The translations under genes were made by a program, and so were the position numbers. Shown piece by piece: positions 1 through 6,440 of a stretch of DNA of 31,107 nucleotides. Position 1 is the first letter of the stretch, and each line of letters begins with the position of its first letter. The stretch is taken from the IMG/VR virus record IMGVR_UViG_3300028805_000028; one strand, given 5' to 3'. This DNA comes from a virus. The notes below the pieces were generated by a model, which saw only the letters and a program-made list of their open reading frames with translations, searched no databases and was not told the origin of the DNA.

Positions 1-327
1 CCCGTTATGACCACGATCAGGGGGGGCATCCTCGCCGATGACGAGCTCGCCGTTGATGATTCTATAGCGCTTTGGCGCTCCCTTTCCGTAGTGGAGCTTG
101 TTGTGGCACTCAATGCATACAGCTTCGAGGTTGTCGAAGTTTAGCGCGAACTCCGGGTCGCGCGCTTTTTCGTCGTCCAGCTCGATGATGTGATGGACGA
201 TGTCAGCCGCTTTGATAATGCCATGCTTTGCACACTCCTCGCACAGTCCGTTTACCGTAGCCATGTACGCACGCCGACACTCCTTCCATTCCTTTGAGCG
301 ATAAAACGGAAAAGAAACGCTGCGCAT
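1..327 (-). CDS. HNH endonuclease, first 109 codons; completed by 30969..30980 across the junction (112 aa total)
   Basis: Own translation from ATG 327..325: MRSVSFPFYRSKEWKECRRAYMATVNGLCEECAKHGIIKAADIVHHIIELDD...NLEAVCIECHNKLHYGKG. It shows the Cys pairs and H/N/H spacing of His-Me finger nucleases. It sits just upstream of terS, as in HK97-like phages. It is missing from the ORF track because it runs off the window edge. Confidence 0.88.
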   Translation of the reverse strand, partial: MRSVSFPFYRSKEWKECRRAYMATVNGLCEECAKHGIIKAADIVHHIIELDDEKARDPEFALNFDNLEAVCIECHNKLHYGKGAPKRYRIINGELVIGEDAPPDRGHNG

Positions 328-340
328 TTTATCACCGCAT

Positions 341-372
341 AAGAAAAGCGCCCGGCTTACGCCCGGCGCTTT
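341..372 (-). terminator. Intrinsic terminator between the regulator gene and HNH
   Basis: Minus strand reads AAAGCGCCGGGC-GTAA-GCCGGGCGCTTT followed by TCTT. This is a 12-bp GC-rich stem with one mismatch, a GNRA-type loop and a U-tract. It ends about 14 nt before the HNH ATG. Confidence 0.7.
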
Positions 373-394
373 GTTGGTATACTTTTACAGCTTC

Positions 395-424
395 ATTGTA
401 TCACAAACATCATGTAACATTCAA
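395..424 (-). promoter_or_regulatory. Sigma-70-type promoter with extended -10 (TTGAAT-18 nt-TGaTACAAT)
   Basis: Minus strand: the -35 TTGAAT (424..419) overlaps the stop codon of the 421..822 gene, and the -10 TACAAT (400..395) is preceded by TGa. The predicted start is about 15 nt upstream of the terminator hairpin. Confidence 0.5.
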
Positions 425-822
425 CAACATTTTTGCGGAAGCTGCACAGCGAGCAGCGCCGCACCGTGCAGCCGGCAGACATGGACGCGGTGATAATTCA
501 TCTCATCCGCGATCTGCTCAAAGCTCTGGCCGTTGATATACCGGCGCCGCAGGATCTCCCGCAGCCGAGGATCCTGCACGGAAGCGATGACGGACTTGAT
601 CTCCTCGCGCAGATCCGCAAGACGGTCGAGCTCAGCAGCAGCTTCCCGACAGGCGTCCATGTACTTCGCGACTGCCGCATCCAGCTCGACGCGCTGCCCC
701 TCGTGATCTCGCAGGCTGTCACACTCGTCCCGCAGCTCAGCAAGATGCGCGGACAGCTCGTCCGATCTGCCGAGCGACTCACGGTACTGCCGCAGATATG
801 CCTTGATCTCATCCGTCCTCAC
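421..822 (-). CDS. Sigma-70 region-4-like HTH protein (ArpU/RinA/DUF1492-style late regulator candidate)
   Basis: The C-terminus LREILRRRYINGQSFEQIADEMNYHRVHVCRLHGAALLAV resembles a sigma region 4 HTH. GTG start with GGAGG 7 nt upstream. It is located immediately upstream of HNH/terS. Confidence 0.7.
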   Translation of the reverse strand: MRTDEIKAYLRQYRESLGRSDELSAHLAELRDECDSLRDHEGQRVELDAAVAKYMDACREAAAELDRLADLREEIKSVIASVQDPRLREILRRRYINGQSFEQIADEMNYHRVHVCRLHGAALLAVQLPQKCC

Positions 823-855
823 TTTATCGCCTCCGTCTCGGTTTGAGTTATAGTT

Positions 856-1182
856 TTATGTGTGCCTTGCTCCGCTGCGAGCCCGGTATAGCATCATCAG
901 TGCGCACCCTTTTGTATGCGGTTTCCCGCCGATGGATCGCACCGGATCTCGCGGCGGAATCGTTTTCGCCACAATTTCCTCGCTGACAATCTCACATACC
1001 AGCTGTGCTGCATCCTTTACGATTTCGCACACTGGTGCGATCATCCGCAGAAATTCTTCTGATACTCCTTGTAAATTGCCTGCTATTTCGGCCATACACT
1101 GCAAAATGCGATTTAAGCGCTCCGGGATGTCTGAACTTTGGACAGCATCCGAAATTTTTGCATAAAGCTCATCTGTCCTCAC
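856..1182 (-). CDS. Hypothetical protein (108 aa)
   Basis: It has the same GGAGG-N7-GTG initiation region and the same first five codons (MRTDE) as the 421..822 gene. Lower GC than the genome average. Confidence 0.55.
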   Translation of the reverse strand: MRTDELYAKISDAVQSSDIPERLNRILQCMAEIAGNLQGVSEEFLRMIAPVCEIVKDAAQLVCEIVSEEIVAKTIPPRDPVRSIGGKPHTKGCALMMLYRARSGARHT

Positions 1183-1200
1183 TTTATCGCCTCCGTCACT

Positions 1201-1512
1201 TTAATCGCCGTAACACTCCATAAATTTATTGCGTGCATTATCCAATCTCTGAACAACCTGTTCAACAAATCTTCGCTTTGATGCTCTCGCAACATTTCTG
1301 CATACGGCGTTTGATATTAACGCGATTGCTTCGTCCATTGGAACCCGAAACTCATCATTGACTACGCACCATTCGATAAACAATGCGAGACACTCTTCGC
1401 GCGATATAAGCTCTGTAAAATTGCTTTTATCTTTTAGAGCCTGATTCAGTCCCGCCTTGACAGGCTCATAATATCTGCAATACTTGCATAGCGTTTTGAT
1501 AGGTTCAAGCAC
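1201..1512 (-). CDS. Hypothetical protein (103 aa from internal GTG)
   Basis: The track ORF 1201..1677 overlaps the better ORF 1505..1807. An in-frame GTG at 1512 has GGAGG 8 nt upstream and overlaps the upstream stop. Confidence 0.5.
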   Translation of the reverse strand: MLEPIKTLCKYCRYYEPVKAGLNQALKDKSNFTELISREECLALFIEWCVVNDEFRVPMDEAIALISNAVCRNVARASKRRFVEQVVQRLDNARNKFMECYGD

Positions 1513-1807
1513 TGTCAGCACCTCCGCCCATTTTCGCACCGCATTTCGGGCAGAAGTTTTTCTGAAAAATGAACCTTTCTTCACGCCCACAATTATTGCA
1601 ATAATACTGTCCGTTTCTTCTTTGTATCCACCGCCCCTGCCGCACTTCCGGTTTGATTGTTGGAAAATCTGTTTCATCTCTTAACGCTCTTGCGAATGCA
1701 ATTAGAATCGCGGTTGCTCCAATTCCGATTTCATCTGCATGAGTTTCGATTTCTCGCATAATCTTATCTGCTGCCGCATTCGCGTCAATCAATCTTACTT
1801 CCGGCAT
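1505..1807 (-). CDS. Phage protein with C-terminal zinc ribbon
   Basis: Motif RQGRWIQRRNGQYYCNNCG...FCPKCGAKM. GGAGG lies 9 nt before the ATG. Confidence 0.7.
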   Translation of the reverse strand: MPEVRLIDANAAADKIMREIETHADEIGIGATAILIAFARALRDETDFPTIKPEVRQGRWIQRRNGQYYCNNCGREERFIFQKNFCPKCGAKMGGGADSA

Positions 1808-1978
1808 CTTTGCTAACCTCCTGTTTTTCAGTTGCGTTATTTCAATTTTTATCAGCTTTTTTGCAAAAATCGGCTGAAAAGTTGCACAAATTGAAATTTT
1901 CTTGAAATTTGGCGAAAAAATCGCAACAGTTGGCGTAAAGTTGGCGTTTTTTTACCGGATAATACATATTATCCGATA
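1808..1978. promoter_or_regulatory. AT-rich non-coding region with short direct repeats and a 20-bp palindrome
   Basis: Repeats seen: gttggcg x2 (1929..1946), ttgaaattt x2 (1891..1910), ttgca x2. Palindrome cggataata-ca-tattatccg at 1956..1975, directly after the recombinase stop. Confidence 0.6.
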
Positions 1979-2782
1979 TTACCAATCTACCACCTTGTCA
2001 ATCGTCTCCTGCTGCCGTGTCTGTGTCTGCCGGAGATAGATCCGCGTCATGTCGATGCTGCGGTGTCCGAGCAGATCGGCGAGCAGTGCTATGTCGTTTT
2101 TGCGCCGGAGGAACTCCAGCGCGTAGAAGTGCCGGAAGCTGTGCGGGTGCATGACCTCCCGCGGGATGCCGTACTTCTCCGCGAGAGACTTGAGCCCGCG
2201 GTTAAACGCATCACCGCTCCGGTACGGTTTGCCCCGCACGCCGCGCACGATCAGATCACAGGCAGACAGTCCGGCGATATCTCCGAGGATCTCACCGAGC
2301 AGCGAGCGCGGAAAGTAGATCGTCCGCATATGGTCTTTGGTGTGCATCGTCACGCTGCCGAGCATCAGATCGCGCTTGGTGATCCGCAGCGCCTCCGATA
2401 TCCTCATGCCGGTGTTGGCAAGCAGCTTGATATTTACATACCACGCGCGATTGTTATCTCGCGCAAGTCCCCGAAGCAGCGCAGAAAGCTGCTCCGGGGT
2501 GATCACATTGTCGATGCTTGTGCGCGTCGGCATCTTGACGGCTTTCAGCCGCATCGGTATCCGGGCATAGCGGCAGTAGGCGAGCATCGCCGCGATCCGC
2601 AGATTGACGGTCGCCGGCTTATGCCGCGCGAGCTGCTCCTGCTTGTATGCGATCAGGTTGGCCTTTGTGATATCGTCGTACTGCGCAGCATACTGCCGCA
2701 GCGCTCCGATGTATGCCGTCACCGTGTTCCCGGCCATTTCCTCCTCGGTGAGATACTGCCGGAAGCCGTCAAGATCTATCAT
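1979..2782 (-). CDS. Tyrosine recombinase, XerC/XerD-like (267 aa)
   Basis: Motifs NTGMRISEAL (Arg), HPHSFRHFYA (H-x-x-R), LLGHRSIDMTRIY (His, Tyr). No arm-binding N-terminal domain is evident. ATGA overlap with the upstream gene. Confidence 0.9.
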   Translation of the reverse strand: MIDLDGFRQYLTEEEMAGNTVTAYIGALRQYAAQYDDITKANLIAYKQEQLARHKPATVNLRIAAMLAYCRYARIPMRLKAVKMPTRTSIDNVITPEQLSALLRGLARDNNRAWYVNIKLLANTGMRISEALRITKRDLMLGSVTMHTKDHMRTIYFPRSLLGEILGDIAGLSACDLIVRGVRGKPYRSGDAFNRGLKSLAEKYGIPREVMHPHSFRHFYALEFLRRKNDIALLADLLGHRSIDMTRIYLRQTQTRQQETIDKVVDW

Positions 2783-3063
2783 GCGTTTTTCCCTCCGATC
2801 TCGTCCGTCAGCTCGCGGACCTTTTCACGCTCGAGCGCGACCAGCATCCGCAGCCGCTCGATCTCTTCCTGCTGCGCGGAGCAGAGCTTCCGCGTCAGCG
2901 CGTTCTGCTCCCGCTGCTTCCGCCGGAACTCGCGCATCCACTCGGCCTGCTGTCTGCGCCGGACTTCCCGCGCGCAGCTCCGGCAGTACTTCAGCGCGAT
3001 ATACTCGTACCAGTCATCCGACTGGATCACCGCGCCGCATTCCGCGCAGTGCTTCGTCAACAT
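2779..3063 (-). CDS. Zinc-ribbon / coiled-coil protein (94 aa)
   Basis: CAECG...CRSC followed by a basic coiled-coil region. GGAGGAG SD. Confidence 0.65.
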   Translation of the reverse strand: MLTKHCAECGAVIQSDDWYEYIALKYCRSCAREVRRRQQAEWMREFRRKQREQNALTRKLCSAQQEEIERLRMLVALEREKVRELTDEIGGKNA

Positions 3064-3517
3064 CGCCGCTCTCCTCCCCTCTCACAAAGCCATAGCTTTG
3101 TCTACAGCTTTGTCTACTGCGTTTACTTCCGGAGAGGATCGCACACTGCCGGGAGAGGAGCTGCTCCAGCTCGTGTGCTTCGCGTTCGCCGATCTCGGCA
3201 AGGCATTCCGCGGCGGTGTTGCTGCCGTCGCAGTACAGCTCCATTTCGTGTTCCTCGTCATCATGCCCGACCCACTCGATGCGCATGATGATCACATCAT
3301 CGGGCGTGCATTCCTGCATATCGGTGATCAGCTGCTCCGCCTCGCCGAGTGCATCCGAGGTTGCCTTTGCCTCGGCGATCTGCTCTCGCACTGTGAGATA
3401 TGCAAAGTCATCCGCATCCTCGTCCTCGCCTGCGAGCTCGCGTGTCTTACGCGCAAGCCACATCATCGCGCAAACGATCGCCATGATGATAAAAAAGCCT
3501 ATGAGCTTATCGTTCAT
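3014..3517 (-). CDS. N-terminally membrane-anchored acidic protein (167 aa)
   Basis: Starts MNDKLIGFFIIMAIVCAMMWLARK (one TM), then an acidic region. The last ~40 codons overlap the next gene and look less protein-like. Confidence 0.5.
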   Translation of the reverse strand: MNDKLIGFFIIMAIVCAMMWLARKTRELAGEDEDADDFAYLTVREQIAEAKATSDALGEAEQLITDMQECTPDDVIIMRIEWVGHDDEEHEMELYCDGSNTAAECLAEIGEREAHELEQLLSRQCAILSGSKRSRQSCRQSYGFVRGEESGDVDEALRGMRRGDPVG

Positions 3518-3533
3518 GTATACCCGCCCCCGA

Positions 3534-3878
3534 TCATACAAAGATCTGCGGCGGCAGCTCGGCTTCTTCGCCTTGCTTGCGCCACAAGTGCAGGCAATAC
3601 GGGTGTTTATTGACATACTCGGCCTTTTTCGGGTGGAACTGCACGACTGTCTCATCGTCGAAGAAAAATAGCTCTTTGACCTTGCACATTTCATCCCATG
3701 TCGGGCAGCGGTTCGGGAACGCGATGCTGACATGATCCCAGCCTCCGCCGAAACTCCACACGATCGACGCGGGCTTCTGCCGGATCCCGTTGAGGTAGAT
3801 CATTCCCGCCCCGCCGTCGTGGCTTGTCCACTCCGTCTGGAGGTAAGGTAGCTGCAAAACTTCTTTCTGGCTTTTCAT
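3534..3878 (-). CDS. Conserved phage protein of unknown function (114 aa)
   Basis: GGWDHVSIAF...CPTWDEMCKVKELFF...VQFHP...LHLW pattern, which I recall from many Firmicutes phages. Confidence 0.7.
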   Translation of the reverse strand: MKSQKEVLQLPYLQTEWTSHDGGAGMIYLNGIRQKPASIVWSFGGGWDHVSIAFPNRCPTWDEMCKVKELFFFDDETVVQFHPKKAEYVNKHPYCLHLWRKQGEEAELPPQIFV

Positions 3879-3953
3879 TTCTCTTTTTCCTTTCCGCCGC
3901 TGCGGAAACGCAGCGGACTGCTGCTTTTTTGCTGCCGATCGGCAGCGAAACGG

Positions 3954-4241
3954 TTATTTTTTGCTGCTTATCGGCTCATACACTATGGCCGGCTCGTTTT
4001 TCGGCTTACTCCACCATGCGAGCAATGCTTCCATGCAGCACGGGCAAAGGTCTCGGACTTTTCGATCGTCTTGCGGCAGCTTTGACCACTGTGATTGCGT
4101 ATATTGGCCATTATCCTCTGTTGTGAGCGTAAACATGATACCGCTCGGCTTTTTATTTTTTGACGCCGTGCCGTCTCCTCCGTCCCAGTTGCTGTACGGC
4201 TCATAGAAAGAACCGCATCGGTCACATTTTCTTGCGTTCAT
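3954..4241 (-). CDS. Zinc-finger protein (95 aa)
   Basis: CDRCG...CPCC four-Cys arrangement. ATGA overlap with the upstream small ORF. Confidence 0.65.
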   Translation of the reverse strand: MNARKCDRCGSFYEPYSNWDGGDGTASKNKKPSGIMFTLTTEDNGQYTQSQWSKLPQDDRKVRDLCPCCMEALLAWWSKPKNEPAIVYEPISSKK

Positions 4242-4402
4242 TTTCCCCTCCTGTGTATGTGCCGTTCCGGGTGACTCTCGGTCTGGCCTTGCCCTCCGGC
4301 GCCCCGCTGATCGTAAAGATCGCCTGCATCCGCATCCCTCCTTTCCCGCTCAGCGCGGCTGCGCTCCGACCAGTATGTCAGATAGCTTTCAAACTCCGTC
4401 AT
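4238..4402 (-). CDS. Small ORF (54 aa), not in the supplied track
   Basis: Own translation: MTEFESYLTYWSERSRAERERRDADAGDLYDQRGAGGQGQTESHPERHIHRRGK. GAGGAGGGGAG SD. ATGA overlaps at both ends fill an otherwise empty 160-nt gap. Confidence 0.5.
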   Translation of the reverse strand: MTEFESYLTYWSERSRAERERRDADAGDLYDQRGAGGQGQTESHPERHIHRRGK

Positions 4403-5046
4403 GATGCTCCCCTCCTCATCAGGGCATCAAGATCCGCAGTGTCGATGCTGCTGCCGCCGGCCGTTGCCGGCTTGTCTCGGCTGTGCGGCATCGTTTCCCA
4501 CTTGCGGACGAGCGCCCGCCAGTCAGTGATCGGTGTGCTGCCCTGCATCCATCCGACAGCCTCATAGTAGGCGATGAAACGCGCAGCATCAATCCCGTTT
4601 TTCCTTCGCTTGCAGTATTGCGCAACCTCTTCTTCAGTCGGAGCAGCTTTGTCGTCAGGCTGCTCCGTATCCGAAGGAGTGCGAGCCGCTTCTTGCTTTT
4701 CCTTTCTCTTTCCCTTAGGATTATTATTTCCATTATTATTTTTATTGGCATCACTCGTATCCGCTTGCATACCGCCGGATGCGTCCGCATCTTTATTTTC
4801 CCACCTTTTTTTCGCGTTCTCCGCATTGCGATCGCACTTTGCTTTATACTTTTCGGCATCGCGGTCGATCTGCTGCGACATAAACGAGAATGCGATTTTG
4901 AGCATCCCGTCCTCGGTTTCGAGCTGCTCCCCGTTGATTGCGTATGATAGCAGTGCCCTGATCAAGGCCGCGGCCTGCTGATCTGACAGCATATCCCACT
5001 GTGGCTTTGTATCCAGATGCACGATAAAGCCTTTAAGCTCAGCCAT
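4399..5046 (-). CDS. Conserved phage early protein (215 aa from MAELKG), replication-associated family candidate
   Basis: N-terminus LSDQQAAALIRALLSYAINGE; C-terminus EEEVAQYCKRRKNGIDAARFIAYYEAVGWMQG..TDWRALVRKWE, a pattern common in phage replication modules; low-complexity KN-rich linker. The track ORF start at 5271 overlaps ssb and is rejected. Confidence 0.65.
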   Translation of the reverse strand: MAELKGFIVHLDTKPQWDMLSDQQAAALIRALLSYAINGEQLETEDGMLKIAFSFMSQQIDRDAEKYKAKCDRNAENAKKRWENKDADASGGMQADTSDANKNNNGNNNPKGKRKEKQEAARTPSDTEQPDDKAAPTEEEVAQYCKRRKNGIDAARFIAYYEAVGWMQGSTPITDWRALVRKWETMPHSRDKPATAGGSSIDTADLDALMRRGAS

Positions 5047-5068
5047 GCGATCACATCCTTTTCTTTTT

Positions 5069-5617
5069 TTACTTTTGCCCCGGATAGTGTGTCCGATAAT
5101 CCGGCACGCTGCCGTACTGCACCGGCGGCTGTCCCTGCGGCGGCTGGTACGGCTGCGGCGGTGCCGGATAGCCGGTTCCCTGATACTGCGGATACTGCGG
5201 CGGCGTGTACGGCTTCGGCGCCTGCTGATATGCATCCGGCGGAGCAGCTCCGGCGGGAGCAGCTCCCGCATATCCGTACTCGGTTGGAGCAGCTGTTTTC
5301 CGCTTCGGCTCCCCGAAGGTCACACTCTCGGCATATACTTCCATGCTGTAATGCTTCACGCCGTTGTTGTCGGTGTAGTCATTGTTCCGCAGCTGCCCCT
5401 CGATGACGATCATCTGCCCCTTGGTGAAGTATCGTGCAATAAACTCCGCCGTCTGGCGCCACGCGGCGCACTGGATGAAGTCCGTCTCGTGGCTGCCGTC
5501 CTTATTCTTTTTCCGGTCGATCGCGATCCGGAAGCGGCACGAGGGCGTGCCGGCCGTTGTCTGCCGGAACTCCGGATCAGCGACGAGCCGTCCAATCATG
5601 ATAGCGCGGTTAAGCAT
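5069..5617 (-). CDS. ssb: Single-stranded DNA-binding protein
   Basis: OB-fold N-terminus MLNRAIMIGRLVADPEFRQTTAGTPSCRFRIAIDR...IVIEGQLRNNDYTDNNG, followed by a P/Q/Y-rich tail. Confidence 0.92.
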   Translation of the reverse strand: MLNRAIMIGRLVADPEFRQTTAGTPSCRFRIAIDRKKNKDGSHETDFIQCAAWRQTAEFIARYFTKGQMIVIEGQLRNNDYTDNNGVKHYSMEVYAESVTFGEPKRKTAAPTEYGYAGAAPAGAAPPDAYQQAPKPYTPPQYPQYQGTGYPAPPQPYQPPQGQPPVQYGSVPDYRTHYPGQK

Positions 5618-5771
5618 GGCTGCCCTCCTTGTGTTCTTCTAGAAGCCATGCCTCAAGACACAAAGCACAACTGCCTTCCTTGCAATCCCGCCCCACGCAT
5701 GGGTCTTGCAGGGCGAGAAACTCAGCGAGCTGTCTGTCCGACATTTTCCGAATCCATTCCCCGTTCGTCAT
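5610..5771 (-). CDS. Small Cys-rich phage protein (53 aa)
   Basis: MTNGEWIRKMSDRQLAEFLALQDPCVGRDCKEGSCALCLEAWLLEE. ATGA overlap with the upstream gene. The rest of track ORF 5610..6341 is rejected. Confidence 0.65.
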   Translation of the reverse strand: MTNGEWIRKMSDRQLAEFLALQDPCVGRDCKEGSCALCLEAWLLEEHKEGSHA

Positions 5772-5971
5772 CCTTTGTCGCTCCCTTCTCGCGGAACTTC
5801 GATGTGCGCCGTCTCCATGACGGTGCGGATCTTGCGCAGCATAGTCGCGCTGCAAATATAACGGATTTCGCCGGTGCGGAAAGCATCTTGCAGCTCCTCG
5901 ACGGTCGTGATAAAATTTCGGCTCAGCTTGGCGACTGCCGCAGAGCCGATTGCTAACTTCGTGATCTCCAT
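5768..5971 (-). CDS. Hypothetical protein (67 aa from MEITK)
   Basis: GGAGG 8 nt upstream of the second ATG. Confidence 0.5.
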   Translation of the reverse strand: MEITKLAIGSAAVAKLSRNFITTVEELQDAFRTGEIRYICSATMLRKIRTVMETAHIEVPREGSDKG

Positions 5972-6037
5972 TGACTTTTCCTCCATTTTGTGCTATACTG
6001 GAGATAGCAATACTTCTTTCTGGACTTCCTTCTTGTG

Positions 6038-6077
6038 CCGCATCCGGTTGAGCCATTCCGGATGCGGTTTTCTTTTT
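6038..6077 (+). terminator. GC-rich hairpin with T-tract on the plus strand (A-tract on the other side)
   Basis: ccgcatccgg-N10-ccggatgcgg followed by ttttcttttt. It lies between two minus-strand early genes. Confidence 0.45.
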
Positions 6078-6429
6078 ATGATGCAGCGTTTCTGACCTGC
6101 TCGATTGCTTCGTCGATGCTGATAGATTCCACGCCGCAGGCCTTGCGCTGCCGGAGCATCTCGGCGATTGATTTCCCGTTCTTGTATCGCTGTTCACACC
6201 GGTAGCAGCTCTGCTCCATGCTTTCCCGCGCCATGCTGCACACATCGAGCAGGTCACGCCATTTTTCCATAGATCGGTAAGATGAGAGCGATCCGGCTGA
6301 CTGGTAGTTTTCTTCCGCCTGCTCATAGCGTTTCCGGGCATCCTTCTCGATCTTGTCGATCAGTGCCGTCTTGCGTGCTCGCTCTGATGCACGGTAACGG
6401 TCTTCGTCTGCTTCTGTCCACTCGCGCAT
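6076..6429 (-). CDS. Hypothetical protein (117 aa from MREWTE)
   Basis: AAGGAGG SD; charged helical sequence. Confidence 0.6.
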   Translation of the reverse strand: MREWTEADEDRYRASERARKTALIDKIEKDARKRYEQAEENYQSAGSLSSYRSMEKWRDLLDVCSMARESMEQSCYRCEQRYKNGKSIAEMLRQRKACGVESISIDEAIEQVRNAAS

Positions 6430-6440
6430 TTTATCCCTCC

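Noticed and set aside
294-846. Plus-strand ORFs 294..536 and 433..846, and the minus-strand alternative frame 498..812
   Set aside because: They overlap the sigma-like gene and the promoter/terminator region, and have no SD or motifs.
1966-1976. DnaA box (ttatccgat) in the AT-rich region
   Set aside because: It differs from TTATNCACA at three of the last three positions and is simply one arm of the 20-bp palindrome.
3094-3117. CRISPR-like or other repeat arrays (also the 12-bp-period repeats at 11906 and 12102)
   Set aside because: Each has only two copies with no spacers, and no cas genes are present. No CRISPR array is present in the window.
2063-3613. 516-aa plus-strand ORF (similar cases at 24259..26103 with 614 aa, 20162..21196, 22367..23518, 5045..5956 and 13091..13993)
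   Set aside because: These are antisense shadows of well-supported minus-strand genes in GC-rich DNA. Their translations are Arg/Ala/Ser-rich low-complexity sequence, with no SD and no recognisable motifs.
5610-6341. 243-aa ORF spanning several small early genes
   Set aside because: Only its last 53 codons (5610..5771) look like a real, SD-preceded, ATGA-coupled gene. The upstream part overlaps better ORFs in other frames.
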